A stretch of DNA of 64,000 nt from Alphaproteobacteria bacterium (GCA_017445475.1 JAFSUB010000018.1:47089-111088), one strand, 5' to 3'; shown: positions 21,083-31,585, counted from the stretch's first letter. The notes: generated from the letters alone by a model not told the origin. Numbers and translations: made by a program.

Positions 21083-21158
21083 TGGTGCCGACAGAGAGAC
21101 TTGAACTCCCGACCCACTGATTACAAATCAGTTGCTCTACCAACTGAGCTATGTCGGC
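21083..21158 (-). tRNA. tRNA-Thr(TGT)
   Basis: GCCGACATAGCTCAGTTGGTAGAGCAACTGATTTGTAATCAGTGGGTCGGGAGTTCAAGTCTCTCTGTCGGCACCA. Confidence 0.97.
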
Positions 21159-21305
21159 GCGGTTTTCAAGCAGCATATATACATCACTTTTTTTCCTTGT
21201 CAATAAAAAAATATACTTGTTTGCAAAATAAATCCTTGACAAAAGTTTTGTTGATGGTAGAATCTGCCGCATAAAACTATCATTAACCTTAATTTTTTTT
21301 TAATT

Positions 21306-22085
21306 ATGTATGTTGAAAAAATTCATGCGCGCGAGGTGAAGGTTTACACCATCAGCGCAGGTTGTCCGAACGACCATCAAGAATTTTTGTGCAAAACCAT
21401 GCCGCTTACACCGATCAGCGAACGGTTTGCAAAAGAGCTGACCTCTCTGACCATCTGTCAAAAGGAACATCCGCTCATCAAAAGCCTGTTTGAAGCAACC
21501 TCGTTTGCTCTGGTCTTAAAGGAATTCACGGCTTTCCGCAACGACCATGTTGTCGAAATCCAAAAAGACGGAACGTGTCGGCTTTGGCAGCGCGAAGAAA
21601 ACGATTTTGATGAGGTGCCTTTTGACGAAGTGCTCAACTTCGGCACCGCCAAAACACCGGCGTTCCTCTATAAAGGCGGATTCTTCGTCTTATGCGGTCA
21701 GTGTCAGGAAATGGTGCATACCACACCGAAAGTGTTGGCTTTTTCCGATGACCGCGCTTTGCTCATTTTGGGCGACGATTTGCTCCTAAAGTTTGACCTT
21801 GAAAAAGGTTTCGAAACACTGGGCGATTTTGTGGCTTTTTATCAAACCAAAAAAAGCGTGTTGCTTGAGGTTCGCCGCAGAGACGGCCTGTTCGCCCTTT
21901 ATCACATCGGCAATAAGAGCATTGAAAAGCTCTTTGACGTGAACAAGAACAAAGGCGATTGGTTTACGGTTGAAACCGAAAGCGGCGATGTGGCTTTTCG
22001 TGATCCTCACGAGGCGTGCGGGATGACCGGCATTTCAAACCTCTTCAAAATCGGCGAAGATGGTGTGTATGTCGCCCTATTCTAA
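21306..22085 (+). CDS. Hypothetical protein (orphan, beta-rich)
   Basis: 259-aa ORF with its own TTGACA-N16-TAGAAT promoter and terminator at about 22086-22125. Confidence 0.75.
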   Translation: MYVEKIHAREVKVYTISAGCPNDHQEFLCKTMPLTPISERFAKELTSLTICQKEHPLIKSLFEATSFALVLKEFTAFRNDHVVEIQKDGTCRLWQREENDFDEVPFDEVLNFGTAKTPAFLYKGGFFVLCGQCQEMVHTTPKVLAFSDDRALLILGDDLLLKFDLEKGFETLGDFVAFYQTKKSVLLEVRRRDGLFALYHIGNKSIEKLFDVNKNKGDWFTVETESGDVAFRDPHEACGMTGISNLFKIGEDGVYVALF

Positions 22086-22268
22086 AAACAACCCCCGAAT
22101 GACACAGTTCATCGGGGGTTTTGTTGTGCAAAACATTAAAATAAGTTTGGAAAGGCGCCCAACACAGGGGAAATAGCAGAAAATGCAACTTATGAACATA
22201 GACTTTAGTTGAGGTCTGCTTTATTTTTGTGCGCCAAAGCATATATCGTTTTCGCCAAGGAGATAAAA

Positions 22269-22460
22269 ATGAAGGTTAATGTTGCAAATTATATATATCA
22301 AGACCTCATCAAGCGCTTTCCCTCGCGCGAAGAAGGGATTGTGGACAAAGAGCTGATTGATGTTTTGATAAAAAAATGGGCCAACAAAGAATATTTTCAT
22401 GTCGATTCGAACCTTAAACTGCACCACAAAGAAAGCATTTTTCCCCCGCATTTGATGTAA
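22269..22460 (+). CDS. Small hypothetical protein
   Basis: AAGGAG SD before ATG; 63 aa. Confidence 0.6.
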   Translation: MKVNVANYIYQDLIKRFPSREEGIVDKELIDVLIKKWANKEYFHVDSNLKLHHKESIFPPHLM

Positions 22461-22581
22461 AAACACACGGTGCACAAAAACGGCTTGTCAAGATAGCTTT
22501 GTTATCATCTTTATTTTTTTTGTTTTGAAAATATGTTGAAAAACATCACACATTATTTTTTTAAATAAAGAAGGCTTGACA

Positions 22582-22836
22582 ATGCTTAAAACAAAACAAA
22601 AAACCGAAAGCAACGCGCTTGAAGAAAACATTATGTTTGTGACAACCATTTATGACACGTTTGAAGCTTTAGAAGAAACGCTCGGAAAACTCAAACTGGA
22701 AACGCCTCTTTTTTTAACCTATATTGCAAAAAAGGCTTTTGCCGAAGAAGTTTTCAAATATGCGCGTTTAAGTGATGATATATATTTAGATCCGTCGCAC
22801 AAAAAAGAACATCTTGAAAATCGTGTGTTGCAATGA
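22582..22836 (+). CDS. Small hypothetical protein
   Basis: 84-aa ORF, GAAGG SD, host-like codon usage. Confidence 0.55.
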   Translation: MLKTKQKTESNALEENIMFVTTIYDTFEALEETLGKLKLETPLFLTYIAKKAFAEEVFKYARLSDDIYLDPSHKKEHLENRVLQ

Positions 22837-22930
22837 AAAAATGTGCCCCTTGAATAAAAATGTCTTGACGCTTTAGTGTTTTCATGCTACCATGAAAACA
22901 ATTATAATTTTTATGAAGGGAGCCATGTTT

Positions 22931-25519
22931 ATGCGTAGGATTGTCGTAATCTTATTTTTCGCGTGTATTTTTGCCGTTGCAACGGTTGCAAGCGCGAAGG
23001 TTTGTTTTTTACCCCACATTTTCGGCGGTGATGAAAGCTGTTTGAGCGGCCACGGTTCATCGGGCGGTGGAGATTTAATCCCGCCGGTTCCGCCGACACC
23101 GGCAAATCCGGGAGAGTGCGCTGAAAATGAAGTTTCACACATGATGTCCGGTTTTGAGGGCACGCTTTTTAATTATGATGAAACAGATTATAATTCCGGA
23201 TGTTACACAATTACATGTAGTAACGTGCATGGTTCAAGACCAAACAACACTTTTGATATGTCGGTTTTTGAAGTTTTTCAAATCAGCCACGGTAATTTAA
23301 CGTGTTATTACGCAGGTGCCTGCCATCCGCCTTATGAGAACGTTCATGACAAACCATCGTCGGAAATATGCGTTGGCGGATATATTGCTGAAGATTATCC
23401 TCTCGATGGTTTGCGGTGTGTGAAATGCGTTGAGCACACGGGATTGTGCCAAGAGGTTAATCCGTGCGTGGGTTATGATTTTGACTCGGCACCGACGTAT
23501 GGCACGCTTGCCGGTGATTCGTGCCAAAAAGTTTCGGAAGTGAACGGCGAATGCGTTTACGGCGATGTTTATTACAATGACTTTGAATGCGATGAAGGGT
23601 ATAAAAAGAACAATTCGTCGTGCGTTGCAAAAACCTGTTCGGATTACGGCTATCAGTCAAGCCATTGCGCCAATCCGGATGATGAAACGGAGCACCTTGT
23701 GAATTTAGGTCCGATGCCGAAAATATGTTATGAATGTTCATGCACACCGAACGAGTGCCCCGGTTCAACAACATTAAAGCCGCATATGCTGGTTACGGAG
23801 TGGTGCACGAGGGTTACGGAAAATTGCACTTATCACCCAAGGGTTATGGAATTTGACTGCGAAGTTGGTTATCAAAAATCAGGCAATACGTGCGTGGAGA
23901 TGACGGGATGTTATGACGATCCGTGCACGGGATATAATTTGTCTTCCATTCCTGAAAATTCAACAGCAACGGACAGTTGCCAAATTAAATATAAAAACTG
24001 TTCGACAGGTGCGACAAAATATTTGGATTTTATCTGCAATGCGGGTTATGTTCAGGTTGGAAATGATTGCGAGCCAAGCCAAACATGCGAGACTGATTTA
24101 TGCTATGGATATTCTGTTTATTCCATTCCGGAGAATGCCACATCAACGGGCAGCTGTCAGGTTGTTTATTCCGATTGCACAACGGGTGCCACAAGGCACT
24201 TAGGATTTGAATGTAATGAGGGATATGTCGAGGTTGGCAATAAGTGTCGATTGATACAATCACCATGCACACCGGAGTCCTGCACGGGATATAACTACGC
24301 GTCCTCAACTCTTCCGCCAAACTCACACGGTGTGAATGAGTGTCAGATTGTGAACACCGATTGTTCAAACGGCGCATTGAAATATGCAGATTTTGCTTGT
24401 AACAATGGTTATGAGCGATCGGGCAATGCGTGTGTGCCGACTTCATCATGCACGCCGGAGCCTTGCACGGGATACAGCTACACGGCGTCCACTCTTCCGG
24501 CAAATTCACATGGTGTGAACTCGTGTCAAGTAACCGTTGCGCCCGATTGTGCAAACGGAGATTTGAAATATGCAGACTTTGCATGTGATGGGGGGTGGAT
24601 AAAACAAGGAACGCAATGCGTTGAGCCAACGCCTATGACGTGTGCTGACGTTCCGGGTTCGCCACCTGCCACACAAGCAGAATGCGAAAACGATTGCGTT
24701 TCTTGCCGATCGCAGAATTTTCAAGGCGTATGGTGCTGGGTGCCTTCAGGCTGTAAATCAGGTTGTGTAACAGGCAGCGATAAAGTGTCGTTTTATGATT
24801 ACACTTCCTACGGCAATGATTGTTACAAACCGAGCGGTTGTGCTTCGGGTTGGCAATCAGGTTCGTGCAGCGGAACGGGTGCTTATTCATACACCGGAAC
24901 AAAAACCGCTCACGGCAGCTCGATTGAGTGCACGCAGTGTGAGCGCTGCACCGAATCATATCACAGGTATAACAGTGCTGCAGACTGCAATGCGGCGCAC
25001 TGGCCGGAATATTGCCAGTCGAATACTTACGGAACGGATCCTTCCGTAACGTGTTGGGATGGCAGCTGCTCAAAAGCCGAACATCCGTATGCGCTTGGGC
25101 TTATTACAGGATATCTTGTAGATGATCGAGATTGTTGTGCGCACGACTATTGTTCTAACTTTTTATGCGATGAATACAATGGTTATATCCGTTCCGGAAA
25201 CGGATGCGTTTGCAACACAGCCGGTGGATGGGAAGCGGGTGCTGACGGTACCTGTTCTTGCCCCGGTCATGTTGATATCGATAAGAGGTGCATCACACAG
25301 ACTTCTGACCCCAACTCCTGTCCTCAAACTGTTGTGAATGCTTATAATTCAATAAGCTGGACGGGTAGTGAGTGTCTCGATTCTCTTACGCATTTTTGCG
25401 AGCTGTATGTTCAAAATTATAGTTCTTGTAAACTTGTGTATAGTCATATTACCTTAAGTGATTGTAATTCGCCGGCAAATTTTGCAAACCATGCATGCGA
25501 ACAGACACTTGAACCGTAA
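22931..25519 (+). CDS. Secreted cysteine-rich repeat protein, VCFLP family paralog 2
   Basis: ASA-KVCFLPHIFGG; ~60-aa PCTGY...CQ...C..G..KY.DF.CN.GY repeats; C-terminal module shared with paralog 1. Confidence 0.85.
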   Translation: MRRIVVILFFACIFAVATVASAKVCFLPHIFGGDESCLSGHGSSGGGDLIPPVPPTPANPGECAENEVSHMMSGFEGTLFNYDETDYNSGCYTITCSNVHGSRPNNTFDMSVFEVFQISHGNLTCYYAGACHPPYENVHDKPSSEICVGGYIAEDYPLDGLRCVKCVEHTGLCQEVNPCVGYDFDSAPTYGTLAGDSCQKVSEVNGECVYGDVYYNDFECDEGYKKNNSSCVAKTCSDYGYQSSHCANPDDETEHLVNLGPMPKICYECSCTPNECPGSTTLKPHMLVTEWCTRVTENCTYHPRVMEFDCEVGYQKSGNTCVEMTGCYDDPCTGYNLSSIPENSTATDSCQIKYKNCSTGATKYLDFICNAGYVQVGNDCEPSQTCETDLCYGYSVYSIPENATSTGSCQVVYSDCTTGATRHLGFECNEGYVEVGNKCRLIQSPCTPESCTGYNYASSTLPPNSHGVNECQIVNTDCSNGALKYADFACNNGYERSGNACVPTSSCTPEPCTGYSYTASTLPANSHGVNSCQVTVAPDCANGDLKYADFACDGGWIKQGTQCVEPTPMTCADVPGSPPATQAECENDCVSCRSQNFQGVWCWVPSGCKSGCVTGSDKVSFYDYTSYGNDCYKPSGCASGWQSGSCSGTGAYSYTGTKTAHGSSIECTQCERCTESYHRYNSAADCNAAHWPEYCQSNTYGTDPSVTCWDGSCSKAEHPYALGLITGYLVDDRDCCAHDYCSNFLCDEYNGYIRSGNGCVCNTAGGWEAGADGTCSCPGHVDIDKRCITQTSDPNSCPQTVVNAYNSISWTGSECLDSLTHFCELYVQNYSSCKLVYSHITLSDCNSPANFANHACEQTLEP

Positions 25520-25543
25520 GGCATTGTGAGTATATGCCAAAGC

Positions 25544-25572
25544 AAACCGCCGACTTAAAGCCGGCGGTTTGT
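25544..25572. terminator. Bidirectional terminator
   Basis: AAACCGCCGAC-TTAAA-GCCGGCGGTTT. Confidence 0.7.
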
Positions 25573-25600
25573 CTTTATAAAGGACAAGTTTGTTGTTTTT

Positions 25601-26092
25601 TTACTCTTCGTTTTGAGGCGCTTCAGGCTGTGGTGCCGCGCCATCAAAACCTTCGGTGCGGTGTTTCATGAAATGTTTGGGATGTCCCTTTTTGCCGTGC
25701 ATCTTATCAAAGTGTGGCTTTGGGGCGTTTTTCTTCATTTCTTCAAATTTTGCCTTTTGCTCGGGCGTTAAAATTTTTTCAAATTCTTCCATGTTGGCAC
25801 GGCGTTTGGCGTCCATTTTTTTGCGAAGTTCCTTCATTTCGTTCATTAAAGGCTCAATTTCCTTTCTGCCCTCTTCGCGGATTTGCTTTGCCTGTTGTTG
25901 TTGCTCGTCGGTTAAATCCAAATCTTTAGCGATTTTACCCATCATTTTTTGACGCATTTGCTCGTGGTCAAATTGGCGCTCGGCTGCCGGCATTTGAGCG
26001 GGCATGTCCTGCGCGCCGGCGGTGTTTGCGCACATCAGGCCGCCGCAAAGAAAAGTGCTTGCAAGCATTAAAGATAAAAAGGTGTGTTTCAT
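25601..26092 (-). CDS. Spy/CpxP family periplasmic chaperone
   Basis: Signal peptide; LDLTDEQ and ILTPEQ (LTXXQ) motifs. Confidence 0.88.
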   Translation of the reverse strand: MKHTFLSLMLASTFLCGGLMCANTAGAQDMPAQMPAAERQFDHEQMRQKMMGKIAKDLDLTDEQQQQAKQIREEGRKEIEPLMNEMKELRKKMDAKRRANMEEFEKILTPEQKAKFEEMKKNAPKPHFDKMHGKKGHPKHFMKHRTEGFDGAAPQPEAPQNEE

Positions 26093-26589
26093 TGATTTTC
26101 TCCAAGTAAAAAAGTTAAGTTTGTTTTTAAGGTTTCGCGGGCGTGGTGCAATCTTGATTTAACTGTTCCTTCAGGAATTTTCAAGCGTTTTGAAATTTGT
26201 TCGATGGAATATTCTTCAAAAAAAGAAAGCACAACGACTTCGCGATAAATTTTCGGGAGTTCATCGACAGCTTTTAAGACGATTTTTTGACGTTTCTTAA
26301 GGTCAATTCTTTCTTCGGCCGTAGATTTAACCGAAACATTTGCCAGAACCTCGTCGCTTGAAATTTCGGCTTTGTTTTGGTGATATGTTTTAGAGCGAAA
26401 GTAATCGCGGCAAACATTGGCCGCAATGGTGCAAATCCATTGTTTGAATTTGCCTTGAGGCTTATAGCTTGCCATATTTTGCCACGTTTTAATGTAAACC
26501 TGTTGCTCTAAGTCGTCGTCATCACGCCCTAAAAACTTATAAATGACGGCTTTAACATATTTTTTGTTTTCTAAAATAATGTTTTTCAT
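26089..26589 (-). CDS. ECF RNA polymerase sigma factor
   Basis: Region 2 DLEQQVYIKTW..FKQWICTIAANVCRD; region 4 IPEGTVKSRLHHAR. Confidence 0.92.
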   Translation of the reverse strand: MKNIILENKKYVKAVIYKFLGRDDDDLEQQVYIKTWQNMASYKPQGKFKQWICTIAANVCRDYFRSKTYHQNKAEISSDEVLANVSVKSTAEERIDLKKRQKIVLKAVDELPKIYREVVVLSFFEEYSIEQISKRLKIPEGTVKSRLHHARETLKTNLTFLLGENQ

Positions 26590-26592
26590 TTC

Positions 26593-26847
26593 TTAAACCA
26601 AAAGCAAACCGAATTCATCTGTCGGCAACCCAAAATCTTCAATAATCGAGCCTGTCTCGGCCTGATAAATTTCATTTACGTAAACATCATATATCGGGCT
26701 TTGAATTTTTTTGGGTGCGTGAAATGTTAAAATGAAGGCAAACGAACAGGCTAAAACAGCCGACGCGCCTGCCGCCAAACGGCGGTTTCGCTTGCGTCTT
26801 AAATAAAGCGGTTTTGCCTGCCTTAATAAATCATCTATGTTTGTCAT
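26593..26847 (-). CDS. Small single-TM protein, putative anti-sigma factor
   Basis: Basic patch then one TM helix; first gene of the ECF operon. Confidence 0.65.
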   Translation of the reverse strand: MTNIDDLLRQAKPLYLRRKRNRRLAAGASAVLACSFAFILTFHAPKKIQSPIYDVYVNEIYQAETGSIIEDFGLPTDEFGLLLV

Positions 26848-26872
26848 GTCAAAATTCTCCCAACAACAATAT

Positions 26873-26900
26873 AAAACGTAGAAGCCTTAAATTAGGTTCA
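26873..26900 (-). promoter_or_regulatory. Putative ECF autoregulatory promoter
   Basis: TGAAC-N17-CGTT upstream of the ECF operon. Confidence 0.5.
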
Positions 26901-26970
26901 CTGTTTTTTTAAAAAAGAGCCGCGGGTTCGAAACGCACGCGACTCTTTTGTTTTTTTTGAAAAATAATTT

Positions 26971-27807
26971 CTATTTTGCCGCTGGTATCAAGTTGCCTTT
27001 TAAGTCAAACTTTTCAATTTGAGCGTTTTTATAAAGGTTATCAAGCGTTTCGGCAATAATCTTCTGGGCAAGCAGATTTCTGATTTGGGGTTCAAGCTCT
27101 GCAAGAGCAACAGGCTGTGAATCGCGCACATCGTTTAACCAAATGATGTGGTAACCGAATTGCGTTTTAACCGGAGTTTTTGTGTATTGACCTTTCTTTA
27201 AGGCCTGCACGGCTTGAATGAACTCCGGAATACCCAGATCATCGTTGACATAGCCTAAATCGACGGTTGTGTCTTTGGTATATTCTTTGGCAAGTGTGTC
27301 AAAATCAGCACCTTCGTTTAATTTTTCAAGAACTTCCATAGCGGTTTCTTCATTGTCAAGCATAATGTGCTTCACGCCAAATTCTCTTTTGCTTTCAAAT
27401 TTGCTTAAATATTCATCATTGTAGAGCTTTTGAATCTCCTCATCGGTGATTTTTGCTGCAACAACCTTCTCTAAGTAAACCTTGCGTGTTAAGTCTTCTT
27501 TCATTGTTTTGAACTGGTCTTGATATTCTTCAGTGTTTTCAACTTGCGCATTTTGAGCTGCCTGATAAAGCAATTTTCCGTTCACGAAAATGTCAAGCGC
27601 TCTGTCGTAAAAGTCATTAAAAGGAATTTGCGCCGCAATTTGAGGATTGTTCGTATATCCTTTGCGAATTTCTTCAACACTGATAATTTCACCGTTCACT
27701 TTTGCGGCAACACCGATGTTTTTCTGGGCATTAACCTTGAAAGCCCAAACCGCCGCGGCGCCCGCTAAAAGAACGACAACACCCGCAAAAATATATTTTT
27801 TCTTCAT
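26971..27807 (-). CDS. Parvulin/PpiC-type peptidylprolyl isomerase (PrsA-like)
   Basis: AAKVNGE, KHIM, GADFDTLAKEY, PVKTQFGYHII. Confidence 0.92.
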   Translation of the reverse strand: MKKKYIFAGVVVLLAGAAAVWAFKVNAQKNIGVAAKVNGEIISVEEIRKGYTNNPQIAAQIPFNDFYDRALDIFVNGKLLYQAAQNAQVENTEEYQDQFKTMKEDLTRKVYLEKVVAAKITDEEIQKLYNDEYLSKFESKREFGVKHIMLDNEETAMEVLEKLNEGADFDTLAKEYTKDTTVDLGYVNDDLGIPEFIQAVQALKKGQYTKTPVKTQFGYHIIWLNDVRDSQPVALAELEPQIRNLLAQKIIAETLDNLYKNAQIEKFDLKGNLIPAAK

Positions 27808-27976
27808 TTGATATCTCCTAAAAAAATGGTTCCGTTTCTGTCTGCAAATATAAACAATTTTTCTTCTTTTGCAAAGTATTTTTTCAAGTTTGGTTTATAA
27901 GTTTGCTCGAGAGTATTGACTTTAGTTTTATTCCACACTAAATGTTAGATATTATAACGAATGTAAGGTTAAAAAT

Positions 27977-30706
27977 ATGTTAAATAAAATTGCCCGCGCT
28001 CTTTTTGGAAGCGCTAATGACAGATTTGTGAAAAAACAATTTAAGACGGTTGAAAAAATAAACGCTTTAGAGCCTGAATTTTCAAAACTTTCCGATGATG
28101 AACTTAAGGCCAAAACGGCATTTTTCAAAGAGCGGTTTCAAAACGGTGAAACGCTTGACGAGCTGTTGCCGGAGGCGTTTGCCGCGGTCAGAGAAGCGGC
28201 CAAGCGCACGCTTTTTCAACGTCATTATGATGTGCAGCTTGTCGGCGGCATTGTGCTCCACAAAGGTATGATTGCCGAAATGAAAACCGGTGAAGGTAAA
28301 ACGCTTGTCGCAACGCTCGCTGCATATTTGAACGCGCTTTCGGGCAAGGGCGTGCACATTGTAACCGTCAATGACTATTTGGCAAAACGCGATGCCGAGT
28401 GGATGGGGCAGGTTTATCGTTTTTTGGGCTTAAGTGTCGGCTACATCGTTCATGAAAAAAATGATGATGAACGGCGGCAAGCTTATAACTGCGATATTTT
28501 ATACGCAACAAACAATGAGCTCGGGTTTGACTATTTGCGCGACAATATGAAATTTTCTTTATCTGACCGCGTTCAGCGTGAGTTTAATTTTGCGATTGTC
28601 GATGAAGTTGATTCAATTTTGATTGACGAGGCCAGAACACCGCTGATTATTTCGGGCGCGGCCGAAGATTCGTCGGAGCGCTACATCACGGTTAACGGCA
28701 TTATCCCCAAGCTTTTTGAGACAGATTATGAAAAAGACGAAAAGCAAAAAACCGTTACGTTAACCGAGGCGGGAATGAGCCATGTCGAGCAGCTTTTAAA
28801 AGATGTCGGGCTGATTAAAGAAGGCAGTTTGTATGACATTTCAAACGTAAATTTGGTTCATCATGTGAACCAAGCCTTGCGTGCGCACAAAATGTTTTCG
28901 CGCGATGTGGACTATATCGTTAAAGACGGCAAGGTCGTTATTGTTGACGAATTTACGGGGCGCGTGATGGAAGGAAGACGCTATTCCGATGGTTTGCATC
29001 AGGCCTTGGAAGCAAAAGAAGGAGTGGCAATTGCTTCCGAAAATCAGACGCTTGCTTCAATCACGTTTCAAAATTATTTCAGAATATATCCCAAACTGTC
29101 GGGTATGACGGGCACAGCCATGACCGAAGAAGCGGAATTTATGGACATTTATAATCTGCCTTGTGTGGAAATTCCGACCAACAAGCCCATCATCAGAAAA
29201 GATGAGCACGACGAAATTTATCGCACGGAAAAAGAAAAATATCAGGCAATTATTGCAACGATTTTAGATTGCCACAAACGCGGACAGCCTGTTTTGGTTG
29301 GCACAACATCGGTTGAAAAATCGGAAATTGTGGCCGATTTGCTTTCAAAAGCGGCGCCGAATGTGGCTTTTGAAGTTTTGAACGCGCGTCATCACGAGCG
29401 CGAAGCGGCCATTGTTGCACAAGCGGGTGTGTTGGGCGCGGTTACAATTTCAACAAATATGGCCGGACGCGGCACGGATATTCAGCTTGGCGGCAATCCG
29501 GATATGAAGCTTAAATCTGTTCTCAAAGGTGATGAAACGCCCGAGCAGATTGACTCTTTGAGAGAAAAAATTAAGCTTGAAGTTGAAGAAAACAAGCAAA
29601 AAGTGCTTGAAGCAGGCGGCCTTTACATTTTGGGCACAGAGCGCCACGAAAGTCGCCGCATTGACAATCAGTTGCGCGGCCGTTCGGGGCGTCAGGGCGA
29701 TCCGGGCACATCAAAGTTTTTCTTATCACTTGAAGATGATTTGATGCGTATTTTCGGCTCGGAGCGTATGTCGGCCGTTTTGCATCGCTTGGGGCTTCCG
29801 GAGGGCGAAGCACTTATTCATCCGTGGATTTCGAAAGCTTTGGAAAAAGCGCAGCAAAAGGTTGAAGAGCGCAACTTTGACATCAGAAAGAACCTTTTAA
29901 AATATGACGATGTGATGAACGAACAGCGCAAAGTGATTTATGCCGAGCGCAAAAAGCTGATGGAAACAGATGATGTTTCAGAAAGCGTTGAGCAAATGCG
30001 TAGCGAGTGCCTATCTGGTGTGATAGAAAACTATGTGCCCGCCGGTTCGGATAAATCGCAGTGGCGTTTAGATGCTTTAGAGCAAGAGCTTTTGAAAATG
30101 ACAGGTTTCCTTATTCCTGTTCAAAACTTTGGAAACAAGGAGGATATCACCGTTGAGGAGCTGACGGAAAAAATTCTTGCGGAAGTTGAGAAAAATCTGA
30201 AGCTTAAAAATCAAGATTTGCCTCAAGACTTGGTTAAAATGGTTGATAAAAGCATTTTGCTTCAAACGCTCGATTTTTTGTGGAAAGAACATATCGCAAC
30301 CTTGGATCAGATGCGCCACACGATTGTTTTGCGTGCATACGGACAAAAAGATCCGTTAAACGAATATAAAAAAGAAGCGTTTAATATGTTTTCGGATTTG
30401 CTTGAAGTTTTAAAAGAGCAGGTTACGGTTGTTACATGCCGCACGGTCATTAAAACAGGTTCAAACGATCAGGCGCAACAATCAGCCGAACGCCGGCAAA
30501 ACATGAAGATGAATGCGGTGCACGAAACGCCGGAAAATGTTTTAGCGCGGGAAAAAACACCTTCCGAGCCGCAAAAAACTTTTCAATATGGCAAAGGCGA
30601 CGTTTCCCCGACCGATCCGTCCACATGGGGCAAAGTCGCCCGAAACGATCTTTGTCCGTGCGGTAGCGGGAAGAAGTATAAGCATTGCCACGGCCGAATC
30701 TCTTAA
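27977..30706 (+). CDS. secA: Preprotein translocase subunit SecA
   Basis: [36 protein letters not shown]-terminal [13 protein letters not shown]. Confidence 0.99.
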   Translation: MLNKIARALFGSANDRFVKKQFKTVEKINALEPEFSKLSDDELKAKTAFFKERFQNGETLDELLPEAFAAVREAAKRTLFQRHYDVQLVGGIVLHKGMIAEMKTGEGKTLVATLAAYLNALSGKGVHIVTVNDYLAKRDAEWMGQVYRFLGLSVGYIVHEKNDDERRQAYNCDILYATNNELGFDYLRDNMKFSLSDRVQREFNFAIVDEVDSILIDEARTPLIISGAAEDSSERYITVNGIIPKLFETDYEKDEKQKTVTLTEAGMSHVEQLLKDVGLIKEGSLYDISNVNLVHHVNQALRAHKMFSRDVDYIVKDGKVVIVDEFTGRVMEGRRYSDGLHQALEAKEGVAIASENQTLASITFQNYFRIYPKLSGMTGTAMTEEAEFMDIYNLPCVEIPTNKPIIRKDEHDEIYRTEKEKYQAIIATILDCHKRGQPVLVGTTSVEKSEIVADLLSKAAPNVAFEVLNARHHEREAAIVAQAGVLGAVTISTNMAGRGTDIQLGGNPDMKLKSVLKGDETPEQIDSLREKIKLEVEENKQKVLEAGGLYILGTERHESRRIDNQLRGRSGRQGDPGTSKFFLSLEDDLMRIFGSERMSAVLHRLGLPEGEALIHPWISKALEKAQQKVEERNFDIRKNLLKYDDVMNEQRKVIYAERKKLMETDDVSESVEQMRSECLSGVIENYVPAGSDKSQWRLDALEQELLKMTGFLIPVQNFGNKEDITVEELTEKILAEVEKNLKLKNQDLPQDLVKMVDKSILLQTLDFLWKEHIATLDQMRHTIVLRAYGQKDPLNEYKKEAFNMFSDLLEVLKEQVTVVTCRTVIKTGSNDQAQQSAERRQNMKMNAVHETPENVLAREKTPSEPQKTFQYGKGDVSPTDPSTWGKVARNDLCPCGSGKKYKHCHGRIS

Positions 30707-30830
30707 AAACGCGTATAGCAGCTCATCTAGAGCCGAAATTTCGAAAAAGGGAAAATTCATGTAGATCTATCTACACTAAAATTTTCCCTTTTCTTATTTC
30801 AACTCTATCTGAACTACTCTCCGCATTTTT
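30705..30830. repeat. Long palindromic element (RPE-like)
   Basis: AAAAGGGAAAAT/ATTTTCCCTTTT stem, outer TAGAG/CTCTA, core TCATGTAGAT-CT-ATCTACACT. Confidence 0.7.
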
Positions 30831-30980
30831 ATTTTACTGCGCACTTGCCTGCGCGAGAGCGCATACTTCGTATTTACCTCGTTCTCCGAACTTTTATACA
30901 AACGTGTGTTCGTTTATGACAATTCATTTATTGACATTTACGCCGCTTCTTTTTATAGTCTTGTCATTGAAAGATAAGAG

Positions 30981-31565
30981 ATGAAATTTATTCGCACAAT
31001 TTATGACAAGACAATGAAGCTTTCTCAAGGGCAGGGCGCGATGTTTGCGCTTTTTGCGGTGGCTTTTGCCGAAAGTTCGTTTTTCCCTATTCCGCCTGAT
31101 ATTATGCTCATTCCGATGATTTTAGCAGCGCCTTCAAAAGCTTGGCGCATCGCAGGGCTTGCAACAATTGCGAGCGTTTTGGGCGGCTATTTCGGCTATG
31201 CCATCGGTGTGTTTTTCTTTGATTTAATTGCCGAGCCGCTTCTTTCATTTTACGGCTATTTGCAAAAATTTCACCAATTTGAAGAATATTATCATGAATA
31301 TGGCGCGTGGATTGTTTTCGGCGCAGGTTTAACACCCTTCCCGTATAAAATCATCACAATTGCAAGCGGTGTGGTTCACCTTAATCTGGGTGTTTTTTCG
31401 GTTGCTTCCGTTTTGGCGCGCGGCGGAAGATTTTTTATTGTGGCTTGGCTTTTAAAAAAATACGGCGCGCCGATGAAAATATTTATCGAAAAAAATTTGG
31501 GCTGGCTTTCCGTGGTGTTTTTTGCCTTGCTTATCGGTGGATTTGCACTCATAAAATTGTTATAG
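30981..31565 (+). CDS. DedA family membrane protein (YqaA-like)
   Basis: FAESSFFPIPPD, SVLGGYFGY, GLTPFPYKIITIASG. Confidence 0.92.
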   Translation: MKFIRTIYDKTMKLSQGQGAMFALFAVAFAESSFFPIPPDIMLIPMILAAPSKAWRIAGLATIASVLGGYFGYAIGVFFFDLIAEPLLSFYGYLQKFHQFEEYYHEYGAWIVFGAGLTPFPYKIITIASGVVHLNLGVFSVASVLARGGRFFIVAWLLKKYGAPMKIFIEKNLGWLSVVFFALLIGGFALIKLL

Positions 31566-31585
31566 CGCCCTTGAGGGCAAAGTCG

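Noticed and set aside
20794-21103. attL/attR of a prophage or genomic island at tRNA-Thr (similarly at fMet)
   Set aside because: The repeats are only about 175-245 bp apart and enclose no integrase or cargo. A deleted-island remnant cannot be fully excluded.
20832-21274. Short ORFs over the tRNA-Thr locus (similarly 49025-49333 and 59730-60048)
   Set aside because: They overlap tRNA genes, terminators and palindromes, so they are spurious.
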